A stretch of DNA of 60,697 nt from Chiloscyllium plagiosum (Eukaryota), in assembly GCF_004010195.1 (NCBI RefSeq), contig NW_025215379.1, forward strand, positions 215,804 to 276,500. The letters run 5' to 3'. Under the pieces are notes generated by a model. That model was not told the origin of the DNA. It saw only the letters and a list, made by a program, of their open reading frames with translations, and did no database searches. Of this stretch, positions 26,761-40,439 are shown in pieces; within the stretch, counting starts at the first letter, position 1, and each line of letters starts with the position of its first letter. The position numbers and the translations under genes are program-made.

Positions 26761-27615
26761 AAACTTAACATTAGACATAAAAATCACAGAACCATTACAG
26801 CGCAGGGAGGCGACAATTTGGACTATTGCAACTGTTCAGCTCTCAATGAGTAATTCACATGATGACAGCATCACTGGTTGGGCTAGCATTTATTGTCTAT
26901 TCAGTGGGTAGTTAAGATTCAACCACATTACTATAGGTCTGGAGTCACAAGTAGTCCAGATGAGATAAAAATGGCGGTTTCCTTCCCTAAAAGGAAATTA
27001 ATAAATCAAATGGGCTTTTCTAGCAATTAGTAATGGATTCATGGTCACCATCAGACTGGTAATTCCAGATTTGTGTTGAATTCAAATTCTTCCATTTGCC
27101 ATGGCAGGATTTGAACCTAGGTTCCCAGAACTTTACCTAGGTATCTGGTTTAACAGCCCAACAATTATACCATCACCTACTCAAGTGCCATTCCCACTCT
27201 ATCCCAAAACTAGAATATTCTTTGAGGTAATTCATTTTTTTCTTGAATGCCTTGATTCTTCCACCATCACAATATCAGGTGACACATTCCAGATTTTAGG
27301 GCCTGCTGCGGTTTCATCTATATCTCCACTGTTCCTTTTTCCAATCATCTGAAAATCTGTTTCCTGGTATTCTATCCTTCTACTAATGAAAAAAGCTTTT
27401 TCCCCAATTTTCTGTGTCCAGAATATTCATCATTTTGAAACATCAATCAAATCTCCTCTCAAGCTTCTCTGCAACAAGAGAAAATCTCTACTTCTCTTAT
27501 CTATGTGACTGAAAAATCTCATCATTGGGATCATTCTCATTCTCTTCATAATGTCTTCATTTCTTTACTCTGTGATAAATGGAAAATACAAATTGAGGCC
27601 AAACTAGTGTTTTAT

Positions 27616-27927
27616 GGGCGGCACTGTGGCAGAGTGATTAGCACTGCTGCCTCACAGTGCCAGAGACCCGGGTTCAATTCCCGCCTCAGGTGACTGACTG
27701 TGTGGAGTTTGCACATTCTCCCAGTGTCTGCGTGGGCTTCCTCCGGGTGCTCCGGTTTCCTCTCTCAGTCCAAAGTTGTGCAGGTTAGGTGAATTGGCCA
27801 TGCTAAATTGCCCGTAATATTAGGTAAGGGGTAAATGTAGGGGTATGGGTGGGTTGCGCTTCGGCGGGGCGGTGTGGACTTGTTGGGCCGAAGAGCCTGT
27901 TTCCACACTGTAATCTAATCTAATCTA
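27616..27927 (+). mobile_element. HE1-type V-SINE, full length
   Basis: GGGCGGCAC head, V domain, (TAATC)n tail. Confidence 0.9.
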
Positions 27928-28224
27928 TTTAAGTTTGACATAACCAATTCGCTCCTATATTCTGATCCATGTAAGCTTGGGAATAATGCCACAAGTTAAA
28001 TCCTTGGGGACAAAATTCAATAACTTCTCCAAACAAAAAAACAGGAAAAACATTAGCACAAGGATCATGATAAGCAATGAACAATGCCCATTGATTGCAA
28101 TGCAGTCAGCATTTCACTTTATGCTTTGTGCTCCCTTTCAACAATTTCAGTATTCATTCAATACTGACTATGCTACTGATTTCCTAGACGCATCAGCTAT
28201 AAGTCCCGAATGGTTAGCATAATA

Positions 28225-28900
28225 TAAAGCCAAAATACAAACAAATGCTCAGCAAAACTGGCAACATTTATGGACAAAGGAAGAATTCAAGTTTTAGGTC
28301 GATGACATTTCATCAGATCTGGAAAATCTAAGAAATGTAATCAATTTCAGTAAGTAAAAAGGGGTGCACGTGTGTGAAACGAACAAAACAAAATCTGTGC
28401 TAGGACATGGAGTAGTAGAGATGAAATAGAAATAAGATTTTTATGCAAAAATGGGCTAAAAAGAGTGATATTAGACAAACAAAGGGACTTTTTAAAAAAG
28501 TGCCCGGTGGATGCAAAAATGTCAGGATAGCTGTGCGAAAGGAAAAAAGAAAGAAAAAAAGTGAAATTACCAAGATAGTCTCCATGGTCAATTCAGAAGA
28601 CTGCAAACTGCGCAGTGGAAAAGTGTTGTTCCTGAATCATGAATTGAGTTTCATTGGAAAGACAAATGTCAGAGAAGGAGAATGGCAGAGAACTAAAATT
28701 ATAGCTGACTGCATTATGGAATCATGTGGTCAAATAGTAGCATTCTCAGAGTCACCCAGCCTGTTTGTTTTTGGTCTCTCCAATGTAACAGACCACACAG
28801 AGCAGTGATTGCAGTATGTTAAATCGAAAAGCATGCAAGTAAATTGCTATTGCATCTGAAAGGAGAATTTAAGGCCTCAGTCAACGTGATAGATGAAGGG
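28225..28900 (-). mobile_element. Old Penelope (Neptune-type) remnant: GIY-YIG end plus pLTR
   Basis: Minus strand reads FTC...YC...YIGETK..RLGD across frameshifts; decayed CTGATGA..AAAAC near 28300. Confidence 0.55.
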
Positions 28901-29310
28901 AAAAAGGGGAGGTATTCGGTTACTGATTTTGGAACAACAAGAAAGCCAACAATTATGAAGTACAAGCAAAAGTGGCATACAGGCCACAATTTGATAAGCT
29001 ATGTCTTACGGACTGGCACACAAGTCTCCACTTATATTTAAGTAACTGTGATTGATTTCCCCTAGAAGAGCTTAGGTTCTAACATCCTTGGAGGATGCAT
29101 TGTGGCACTTGAGGAGAGATTACAAGGGGGAAAGTTGAAGGGAGATGTACGAGGGAAGATTTTCAAGCAGAGAGCGACAGGAGCCAGGAACACACTGCTA
29201 GAAGAGTTGGTGGAAGTAGACATGCTGATGACATTTAACAGGCATCTGGATGGTTACATGAATAGGGAGGGAACAGAAGTTTGTTCCTGTGTTGTACTTC
29301 TCCTTGAATT

Positions 29311-29445
29311 AGGCAGAAGTGGGCACTGCAGATGGCTGGAGATTAGAGTTAAGGTTATAGTGATGCTGGAAAAGCGCAGGTCAGACAGCATCTAAGGAGA
29401 AGGAAAATTGACGTTTCAGGCAAAAGTCCTTCATCAGGAAAAAGG
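29311..29445 (-). mobile_element. Solo family A pLTR with hammerhead motif
   Basis: 9-bp TSD CCTTGAATT at 29302-29310 and 29446-29454; minus strand CTGATGAAGGACTTTTGCCTGAAACGTC. Confidence 0.75.
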
Positions 29446-30188
29446 CCTTGAATTCCCCAGTGCAACAAACAAGCAAAAGAACATCTAAAGAAATAATGAT
29501 TGAGGGAGTGGAATTATTATAGCAATAGACATTATTAAAAATAATTTATCAGAACAAAATAACATTTTCCTCTTTGAGGAATAGGTGCCACAGAATTGGA
29601 GGTAGATGTTAACAAATTAACATTGTAACTCCCATGAAGACAGCAATAGCAGATAATGTCAGAAAAATTATTTAGTGAGGCCTTGACCAGCAAAGTGGTT
29701 AAAGCGAAACATAACGGCATCATCATACTTTATCCTCTCTCTCTATCCATACTTCACCACTATCCAATGTATGCTTCTGATTTACAAGCTCGTCATGGTC
29801 AAAGCACTTATCACGTCCAGACCACAACCCTACCCTTTTGTCTTTCAAATAGCCAAACAGTAAAACCTGGTTGATCAGAGGAGCAAAATCAAGATGATAG
29901 TGAAGACTAATAGGGAATTGTGATATTGCATTTAGCGGAGTTACTTAAATCCCTGATTGAAAGGAGCTCTCCAATTTCCATTCTTCCTTCTTCTTTCACT
30001 ATTTCAATCACAGAGGTATACTCCAGAGTGTGATGGCAGCAACATGCAAGAAATTGCTGTCCACTCAAGATGATGGCATCACCTTTTGCTCTGACACTAA
30101 TCTTTGCAGGTGACAAGGCAGCCCAGACTGGCCATAGTAGAGTTACGCCCAGAACGGTGATACAACTGGAAGCCAGCAGCTTTCCAAT

Positions 30189-30319
30189 TCCTGAAGAAGG
30201 GCTTTTGCCTGAAATGTCGATTTTCCTACTCCTCGGATGCTGCCTGACCTGTTGTGCTTTTCTAGCACCACTCTAATCTAGACTCTGACCTCCAGCATCT
30301 GCAGTCCTCACTTTCGACT
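30189..30319 (+). mobile_element. Solo family A pLTR starting at the hammerhead
   Basis: 11-bp TSD AGCTTTCCAAT at 30178-30188 and 30320-30330; CTGAAGAAGGGCTTTTGCCTGAAATGTC. Confidence 0.8.
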
Positions 30320-31320
30320 AGCTTTCCAATATATTCCAAAATTGCACATTTGTGTCAAATTTATGTTGATTGTTGATTGATTTAATACTTCACTATGTGG
30401 CATTCTACAGGCATATAAATAAGCTCATTTACTTTTGTGCTGGAAGACCCATGTCCCACCTGCTTCAATAATATCATTATGTAATAAAGCATCACCAAAA
30501 CATGTCCAAGAAGATGTATTAAAAGCATTTTACTAACAATCTCACCACACATTTGGCTTGATTTGCCTCATGTAATTTGCCTTATCTCTTGTTAGGAATG
30601 CTGTTTTGGGATTCCAAGGGCAGTTGTATGGGTTTTAAAAAACAGGTTCAAATACTATGAGTTGCTCTCACACTTAACAGGAAAATGTTAAGTAACACAT
30701 ACTTTGAGTAACTAAAGGTGCATTATCATTCCTGAAGTCCTCTGTAGACTTTGAAATAGTGACCTACGTTACTCACCTCCAAGAGCTCATCTTTTATCCA
30801 GCTTAGTGAACCCTTTTAGAAATTTCCACCTGTGGCCTCCCCTCATCTGTGACCTGTAGACCCTAGATCCAAAATATTCACCCATAACTGCCTCCCTTTT
30901 ACGTGCTATTCATGACATTATGCATACCAATGAGGCCAGTTTCTGCATTTACCACGCTGACTCCTGCACTGGCAGGGAGGTCTGACTGCTTGATTCAATC
31001 TACTGTGTTTGCTAAATCCCAAGCCTCCTTTTACTAAGTATGAGAAAGGTTAAAGTTATTATATTGGCTCCAATCACAATCTCCCACTCCTTTGGTACAA
31101 CTCCATTCTCCTCCCTTACCTGCATCAGACTGTTCATACGATATGACAGCTTATTTGACTGAAAGATGATTTGCCAATCCCAAAGTCTATGTTAGGGGTG
31201 TTAACCAACTGCAAGCATTGTTAATGGGCGTTCTTGAGTTATAAAAGGAGATCACCCATTAAAATTTAAGGAAATATAGAAGACAACATTAAAACATGTG
31301 CAATGCAAACAGAGTCTTAC

Positions 31321-31477
31321 TTGTATTCTTTTGAGCACAAACATGTGAAGCGCACAGTATCATCCATACTACAAGTGACAATCTCATTTGAGTCATTGGC
31401 CACTATACATGACACTTGGTTTGTATGTCCTGTCCCTGCGAAAGTATCATTCTCTCCAGCTGTAGCATTCCAAACAG
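31321..31477 (-). CDS. WDR1: WDR1 coding exon (exon 10 eq.), AC acceptor
   Basis: 157 nt; (T)VWNATAGENDTFAGTGHTNQVSCIVANDSNEIVTCSMDDTVRFTCLCSKEY; gtaag donor. Confidence 0.94.
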
Positions 31478-33581
31478 GTGAAATCTTATTAGTCAAGGAA
31501 ATGCAAAACAGAAATTTTGCCAAATACATTCAAAACTTGCATGTGACACAACTGAATGGAGCGGTACTATTTAAGCGTAGTGTCTCTGGATTGGGTCCAA
31601 GTATTGCTGAATGTATGGATTTTTGTTTTTACAAACAATATGTATTCAATGGAACACAAACAACTACTTTACATTTGATTATCTTTAACAAGTAAAGGGA
31701 TTTGGTCATAAGCAGTATTCAAGTGCTGCATTTTAAAAGTGTTTGATAAAAAGCCATATGTTGCAGGCCTTGAAAACATATTCAAGATTCAGATGGGATG
31801 AGGATGGAAGAAATAGATGCCATTATTGATTGGCCAACTAACAAAGCACTTATCAGTGAAGGAATCCGAAGTACAGACATCCTACTGTCTAGTCATGCAG
31901 AAAAGAATAAAAATATAGTCACCTAACCAATGCCTATGAATAAGGTCTGGCAGTGAAGGGGAACTTGCTTATCAAGCCCTTAGCCACTAAAGCCTGGTCT
32001 TTTCTAGACCTTAGTCAGGGCAAAGCATTGTTTTTAACAACATGGCGTGTCACTAGTTCAAGAACATTTTTAAAATCTCCCTTCAGAAAGGAAAAAGAAA
32101 ACTTGTGAAATATGTTCAGTCCTGACTACAAGGATAAAAGAGCAAAAAAAGCTAAAATTACTCAGTTCAGTCAGTATCTTTGAAAAGAAAGATAGAGCAA
32201 GAGAAAGAAAGAGAAAAAGTTAACATGAAGTCACTGACATTAAGTAATTCCAGCACTGGGTGTTTTGGTTTAAAATTTCTAGTATCTGCATCGTTCAACT
32301 TTTCAGATGACAGAGTCCTATTGTTAAGATTGTTGGTTCGCGTCTTGTATAATTATATATTGAAAGAATGACCAGCATGGGTATGCATGACAGAATAATG
32401 AACACTTGAAACCATTAAAATAATATCTTTATAATAAATTGTGTTACCTTACAGAAAATTGAAAAGCTACTCATGAAAACAGTAACAATTAAAGACAACC
32501 AAAAGATAAAGCAATGAGGATCATTTTTTGAAGATTGTAATAAATTTTAAAATGGCACATTGAGCTAAAGCTAACTCGATTCGGAGATTGATGAAATAAA
32601 AATAAATCAAATCTTTCCCAAAAAAAAGTATGCATAAAATCAATTAAATTCATATTACCATGTCTATAACTTTAGGAAGGCTAGTATTTTAATTACACTT
32701 ATGTGGGGCCATAAACCTTGTGCTTTGGCATAGAAGGGAACAAAAATAAGTGTTACTAGATTGTCAAAATATAATAAAATACCAAATCAGAAATTAAAGA
32801 CTAAATGGGATGACAGCAGGCAAAGAGGCATTTTCCTTCTTAAATCTGGCTCCTTTCAAAAACCTCAGTTTCTTCAAATAGTTCCAATGTCTAATGGCCC
32901 ACAAACTGCTATATTTTAGTGTTAAAGGCAAGAAAAATTGTGTTAATTAAAGAAAATACGAGAAATACTTCACTAACCAGGCAATGACTGAAGTAAGAAA
33001 CTGAAAGGTTGATGAACAACAATTCCAACTAAAGGTCACCAACCTTTGTAACATTAACTTGTATGCTGCTACATTAGAATATTTCCAACACCTGTAGTAC
33101 TTTGCTTTTGCATCAAAGTACAACAGTGACAAAGCTGGCACTCTAGCATGTTTTGAACAGCAATACTTCTGATTTTCCAAAGAAATCACAGCACTTTTGG
33201 ATACCTGGAGTTGTAATGACAGGTAAAGAGATAATCCATATTCATTAAAATGTCTGCTTTTCATCTCATTTTACGTTGTGGGTGTACTATTTAAAACTTG
33301 GTTAAAACTCCTGTGTGGACCCTGACAGGTGAACTCCCTGGTCTGGTAAATGCTACAGTTTGACAAGGGTCCCAGCCCAAGGCTGTCCCAATTACTGAGA
33401 TACAAACTCTTAACCAATAAACATAGATTATGTTTCTTAAAAATATAAAGATGGAAGAATCTGAAGAAATAAAGCAGCTGAATCATTTTGTCTAATATCT
33501 TCTAAGTTATCCGAAGTACCAAACTCTAACTAAAGCATTGACCAAGCTGACAAACATCGTTAAGCGCGTTAAAAAGGATAT
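31478..33581 (-). other. U12-type (minor spliceosome) AT-AC intron
   Basis: 5' site ATATCCTTTTT starting at 33581; branch site TTCCTTGAC at 31500-31492; ends TTTCAC at 31478; frame preserved only with these boundaries. Confidence 0.93.
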
Positions 33582-33669
33582 TGATATGGCCATCATGGCT
33601 GCCTGAGTAGATAGAGCGCCTCTCATCGCTGGTGTGAACAGTCAAGGCCTGAATCGACTTGCTGTGCCC
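33582..33669 (-). CDS. WDR1: WDR1 coding exon (exon 9 eq.), followed by a U12 AT donor
   Basis: 88 nt; [29 protein letters not shown]; donor ATATCCTTT. Confidence 0.94.
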
Positions 33670-36499
33670 CTATAAAATAAAACAGTGATCAAAATACTTT
33701 TGGATTTATTTAATACAAATCCATTAATCTAACAAAACTCATATGTAGTTGCCTCCATGACTAAAACCAACTATATAATTGAGTCAATAAAGTTCAATGT
33801 TGACACGAATGTATCTACTACTTCAATTTAGCAATCTCTTGAGACCTGATGTATGAAGTCTCTGGATTCAGGTGGACATGACATCTCTCTGCAGCATTCA
33901 GTAAAATTTCAAATATACATTGTGTTTTTAAAAATCTACACAAGGGGACAAAATAACTGTTTTGGAAGGTTGAAATAAGTAGAATGGCAATAATAGATTT
34001 GCAGTGATATGGTCACACACTAAATTTGTTTAATTTTAAGAATGCATTCTGATTAAATAAATAAAGCAATCCTTTCATAACTCAAAGGAGCAACGGTCTT
34101 TAAAGATTAAATGATTGATGCAAATTACATACACCAAAATCTGCCTTCTTGGGATTCCAAGTATTTCTTTATTGGTGGAAACAGCATTTCTGACTCTGCA
34201 CAAGCATCTTCACAGCATTATCAATTAGCATAAACAGGCTCAGAAAAAAAAAAACAACCTTTTTTTGACATGCTGGCAAGCCAACAAACTAAATTACCCA
34301 TTCTACTCATACATCTGAAATAGTCACTTTAGTACTCAAACCAATAATTTTCTTTCAAATGCAATGACTATGGTGCCACTCTGGTCACAATCTTTAAATT
34401 GCAGCCACAAGCACTAACTTAAATATCCACTAACAATCCCATACAAAGTTTCAACTTCTGTTCCTAACAAAAATATCAATACAAATTAACTTTAGTTCTC
34501 TCTCCAAAATGCTACTTTACTGAAAGGATTTACAAAACTTTATTTCAGATTTTCAGCACAATATTCGGCACTTGTAACTATTAAGTGTACAAGAGCTTAT
34601 AAACTGACAGTTACAAAGAAGTGCAGGCAGCTCAGTTCAAAAATGTCTCTTCTTGAGCAGGTCATATACATCCTATTATTCTACAGATGAAATGTGCTAC
34701 TTTCCTTCCATTAGCTGGTCTCTTCAGATTCAAAGAGGTATTTATAGTCCAACATAGCGAAGTTCATACTGGTAATCATGTAAGAAAAGAGTTCCCTCTG
34801 GGCTTAGAGTTAAATGAAGACTAATTTTTATTCAGCACTCATAACTAACCTTACTGGGTCCAAGAGGTTACACAAATAAGCATCTCTCTCAGGATTAAGA
34901 TAATTTCAGATTATTTTCTGTCAGGAACTAACAGTATCTCAATCTGCATATAATAGCCCCTCTCTGACAGCCACGATTGGATTTCTGACAAGATGAATGG
35001 TACCTGAAAGGCAACGCCAACAAACTAAAAATTTCACAAGTTTACATTGTAAAAATGTTACAACGACAAATATAATACAAAATATATTGAAAAGAAACAC
35101 CAATTTTCAGAAAATCAGGGCAGTATTTTGCTAATAACTTTTTGAACACAAAGTGCCAACAAACCAGATCACAGCACAAATTATGGCATTTTAATCTGCA
35201 ATGTCCTCTGTGAAGGACACCTTTTTTTAATATTCATAGCTTCATAGCTCAAGAGCATTCTAATCATGTTAATCTCTTTGTAAAAATAGTTACAGGAACC
35301 CAAGAGAATTTGGTTCTTCGTAAAAGTTAATCTGAATTATAGGAATGTAAAAGGAAAAATCTCAAATTAAGACCTTGATTTACAGTAGCATAGTCACTTC
35401 ATAAAACTGCATCTTGCAATACTTCTGTCTCCAAAGCTTTTTAGTTTTAGTTTTGAATTTTATTTTTAAGATAAATACACATGCATACAAAAAGGGTTGA
35501 GCATATAAGTTGCTGAAGCTTTGAGAGAAATGCTGTTATCTTTCAAAACAGATTGCATCAGCAAAACATAATCCTGTAATAAACAAGAGCAGTTAAATTG
35601 AAAGCAAAATTGCTGTGGATGCTGGAGATTTGAAACAAAATCAAGTTTCTGGAGAAACTCAAGTTTGCCAGCATCCATGCAGAGAAAAACAGTTAACATT
35701 TCAAGTTTGATATCATTCCTCTTTGGAACTGAGCAGTTCAGTTTATTTTATTAATATTTTTCCATTCCTCAAACTTCCTTTCAACCATTTCATACACTCT
35801 GTTTGCTCTGGCAGACTAAAGGTTATTCCCATAATCAGCTTTCAAAGTACAGCTCTACAGATTCATTTACAACTCAATTTTTTTAAGTCAAAAAACTAGC
35901 CAGTTACAGGTGTGGACAAAAAAAAGCAACAGAGCAGATTAACAATATGGATAACGAAAATCAAACTTTAAATCAAAAGGACACAACAAAACCTGCTCTA
36001 GCTGTTATGGCTAGAGATGCAACAATGGTTAAAACAAATTAAATTAGGAGTTCAGTATCTCAATGTGAGCAGAATACAAAACAAAACGGAAATATTTGTG
36101 ACTCAAGTTTGCAAGTTGATCAAGGCTAGACCTAAATGTTCATAAGTATTTGGCATTTCAGAAGGACAGCAAGCTAGATACTGAGATAACTCTAATTCAA
36201 GAATGGGAGATGATTTTAGACTTAATTTGGGTACTGAAAAAAAATACTGAAAAAAAAGATGGGAACTGACTTGTGGGAATAGTTTATAAACACACTGCAC
36301 TCTAGACAGAGTGAACAGGAAGGAACATGCGAGCTTCCAAGAAAAATACTGCAATAACCATAGATGATTTTGATCTTCATACTACACAAATCAGATTGGG
36401 AGTCAAAGTATGTGGGTTCACCGATTAAATGTAGGAAAATATCTTAAAGGAGTGTATTTTTCTGTCAACCAGTCAGCAAGTTATGAAAAACATGGCCAT

Positions 36500-38690
36500 T
36501 TGCAATGAAGCAGGACTAAGTGACCCCTGCATGAAAACACGTCTAGGCAATGGGCATCATAAAATTATGAATTTCACATCCAGTTGGATGGTGAGATGAG
36601 AATGTAAGACTACCATTTAAACTTAAGTCCAATTACAAGGGCATGAAGACAGACCTGTCTTAACTGAACCGAGAAAATATCTTTAAAATGTAGGACAATA
36701 GAGAAGCAGTAGAAGACATTTAATGAGCTATTTCTTAGTTTTCAAAGAATATTCCATTTAGTAAAATGGAGAAAAATAGCAATTTTAATGGTCAAGTTGA
36801 AGATATATTAAATCATAAAAAGCATATAATGCAAAGACTAATGAGTGTTATTTTTACAATTTACAGTTAAGTCAATTTAGAAATTAGCAAAGAATAGCTT
36901 AAAAAAAATGAGAAAAATAGTACAAAACATTTACCTAGAAATATAAGAAAAGGAATGAGTTTCTGCTATTTGAAAAGGAAGAGAGCAATTAAATTGAGCA
37001 TTGTTCCTGGAGAGGGAGAGCTGGAGGAATTAATAATGGGAAACAAGGAAAACGCAGAACTGTTCAACAGCCATTGTGTCTGTCCTCACTGCATAATACA
37101 CAAAAAGACATGCCAATATCAGCTGAAAATCAAAAAGATTAAAGGGATAGAGGAGCTTAATATAAATCAGAGAAAAAAGGTACTAGAAAAATTTTTAGAA
37201 CAAAATGCTGATAGGTCCTATGGACCTGATTGATTGCATCCTAGGGTTTTAAAAGAAATGGCGACAAAGTTGGTACCTCAATTGGTTGGAATCTTCCATA
37301 ACCTGCCAAAATCTGGAAAGGTCTCAGCAGATGGAATAGCATTGTTACACCTGTGCTTTTCAATTAAGTGAGTCAGATAACCTAATATCTGCCATAGGGA
37401 AAATGTTAAAATCTATAGTTGAGTAAAGGGGTGTGGAAGATATGTAGGAAATCAATGTGATCAGTGAGTGACAACATGCCTTTGGAAACATGAGTTTTTA
37501 GTTAATAAGTGCCCTTGAGGAATTAACAAGGTGGAAGAAGGAAAACGGAAAACCTGGAAATGTCACAATTTCCAGTAAACATCGATTAGCCCAATACACA
37601 AGAGCTTATGGTGTAAGGGGCAACATTTAACTAACTAAATCTTTATCCATACTTAAAAGCAGAGCGTACAATAATTGGGTAGTTTCCAGCTTAGTAAGGC
37701 CAGCAGCAGTGCCTCTTCTATTTACAATTTATGCAAATGATTTAGGAGGGGAGGGTACTGAAAGTCTTCACTAAATTTCTGATGACAAAGATGGGTATGA
37801 AAGCAAATTATGGTGTGCAGAAAAAAAGTCTTCAAAAAGGTTTTATATATATATTGAGTGAGTAAGCACAGTTGAAGTAAACACATATGGACTAATGTAA
37901 GCTTGACCACTTTGGCAGGCAGAGCATAAAGCAATATATTTTTTGAATGGGAAGATACAGTAGATAGATTGGGTATCCTACATGAATCATAGAGTTAGAA
38001 TTTGGTTTTCTTTAAATTTATTCATAGGATCTGGGCATTGCTGGTAAGGCCAACGTTTATTGCTAATCCCCAAGTGCCCTTGAATTGAGTGGCTTGCTGG
38101 CAATTTCAGAGAGCTATGAGTTAACTACATTGCCGTGGACCTGGAGTCAGTCGCAGACCAGACCAAGGAAGGACATGGCTGTCAATATGCTAGATTTTAG
38201 TGAATTCAAGTTTCACCTTCTGCCATGGTGGGATTCAAATTCATGCCCCCAGAACATTATTCTTGAGTTCTGGTTACTAGTCCAGTCACATTATCATTAC
38301 ATCACCATCTGCCAAGAGTTCCAGGAATTGACTTGGAAGTTAAATAGAATGGTGGAATTTAATACAAGAGGAAATAGGATTGTGGAAGTATTGCAACAGC
38401 TGCTTTTGACAGCACCCAAGTACACTGTAATGTTGTGGTTTCCTTACAGAAGGATATAGTGCGTTCAGACAAAAGGTCATTCAGATATTTCCTGTGGAGA
38501 ATATCTGACAAGGAAAAGGTTGAGCAAGATGGCTCTATACCCATTAGTTTGGAAGAATAAGTGTTGACTTTGTTGAATGTACAGGGATTTTAGAGTAGGT
38601 GCTGACAGGATGTACGTTCCTTCTGCAAAAACCTATAATCAGAAGGTAGAGTATTAAAATCAGAGTCTGAAATTTCTTTCCTCCCTTTCC
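36500..38690 (+). mobile_element. Highly decayed CR1/L2 LINE
   Basis: GNKENAELFNSH, GPD..HPRVLKE motifs; interrupted by a SINE and a younger CR1. Confidence 0.6.
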
Positions 38691-38702
38691 AAGGGGAGGA
38701 GT

Positions 38703-40008
38703 GTGTCTGGTTGACGAGAGAGGTTGAATGTCTGGTAAAGAGGAAGAAGGAGGCTTACATAAGGTTGAGGAAACAGGATTCAGACAGAGCAGTGGAGGGA
38801 TACAGGATAGCCAGAAGGGACCTGAAGAAAGGGATTAGGAGAGCTAAGAGAGGGCATGAAAAATCGTTGGCGGATAGGATCAAGCATAACCCCAAGGCAT
38901 TTTATGCGTATGTGAGAAACCTGAGAATCACGAGAACGAGGGTAGGTCCGATCAAGGACAGTAGTGGGAGACTGTGTATTGAGTCGGAAGAGATAGGAGA
39001 GGTCTTGAACAAGTACTTCTCTACAGTATTTACGAACGAGAGGGACCGTATTGGAGAAGAGGAGAGTGTGAAATGGACTGGTAAGCTAGAAGAGATACCT
39101 GTTAGGAAGGAAGATGTGTTGGAAATTTTGAACAACTTGAGGATAGACAAGTCCCCCGGGCCTGACGGGATATATCCTAGGATTATGTGGGAAGCAAGAG
39201 AGGAAATTGCAGTACCGTTGGCAATGATCTTCTCGTCTTCACTGGCAACGGGGGTGGTACCAGGGGACTGGAGAGTAGCGAATGTTGTGCCCCAGTTCAA
39301 AAAAGGGAATAGGGATAACCCCGGGAATTACAGACCTGTTAGTCTTACTTCTGTGGTAGGCAAAGTAATGGAAAGGGTACTGAGGGATAGGATTTATGAG
39401 TATCTGGAAAGACACTGCTTGATTAGGGACAGCCAGCACGGATTTGTGAAGGGTAGGACTTGCCGTACAAGTCTTATTGAATTCTTCGAGGAGGTGACCA
39501 AGCATGTGGAAGAGGGTAGAGCAGTGGATGTAGTGTACATGGATTTTAGTAAGGCAGTTGATAAGGTTCCCCATGGTAGGCTTATGCGGAAAGTCAGGAG
39601 GCATGGGATAGAGGGAAATATGGCCAATTGGATAGAAAACTGGCTAACCGGTCGAAGGCAGAGAGTGGTGGTAGATGGTAAATATTCAGCCTGGAGCCCA
39701 GTTACAAATGGAGTTCCGCAGGGATCAGTTCTGGGTCCTCTGCTGTTTGTAAATTTTATTAATGACTTGGAAGAGGGAATCGAAGGGTGGGTCAGTAAAA
39801 GATGTCAGGGGTGGGTTCTTTACCCAGAGAGTGGTGGGGGCATGGAATGCGCTGCCCGTGGGAGTGGTAGAGTCGGAATCATTGGCGACCTTTAAGCGGC
39901 ATTTGGATAGGTACATGGATGGGTACTTAATCTAGGTCAGAAGTTCGGCACAACATCGTGGGCCGAAGGGCCTGTTCTGTGCTGTATTGTTCTATGTTCT
40001 ATGTTCTA
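38703..40008 (+). mobile_element. Young CR1 LINE fragment with a 394-codon open ORF2 piece, internal deletion at ~39798, (TTCTATG)n tail
   Basis: [39 protein letters not shown]; jumps to the 3' UTR just before FADD. Confidence 0.9.
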
Positions 40009-40439
40009 TTAGGTTGTGTAATTCTCTTCCCCATAAAAATGGAGATCGAGTGTCGACATTTATTCAAGGCCACAATAGATTTCTTATTGACAAGAAAGAG
40101 AGTAAAGTTAAAGCCACAATCAGATCAGACATTAAACAAAAGCCTGGACCATTCAGTTTAGTAAAGTGGGGGTGGCAGCAGGGGGCACAGCTTATATCCT
40201 CTAATTCTTCTGCTATGTGTAAAACCATTAGGCTGTTTTGGAAACTGTTGACTTTGTTGAAGGTGGAAAGGCTTGTGGATTTAGGAAGTTCAGCCAAAGA
40301 GATCTTGGCAAGTTCTTGGCGAGCTCTTTACCATTGTCTAATAAGTAACTCAGCAGAATGGAAACGGCAAACAAAGGCATGTCCAATATAAAAAACTAAA
40401 ATAGTCTACATAATAAAAATAATTGGTATGCTGCTCAGA

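Noticed and set aside
29907..30345. Minus-strand frame of ~96 codons restored by removing the solo pLTR (LEYIGKLL...TIPY)
   Set aside because: No recognisable homology, start or splice signals; a BLASTx search would be needed.
35600..35730. Further old PLE pLTR-like relics (also ~5575-5640, 33020-33110, 56045-56090) as ribozymes
   Set aside because: The flanking motifs resemble pLTRs but the catalytic core is too decayed to call.
38711..39895. Longest ORF (394 aa) as a host gene
   Set aside because: It is a CR1 ORF2 fragment lacking EN and the FADD motif; its end reads into the 3' UTR.
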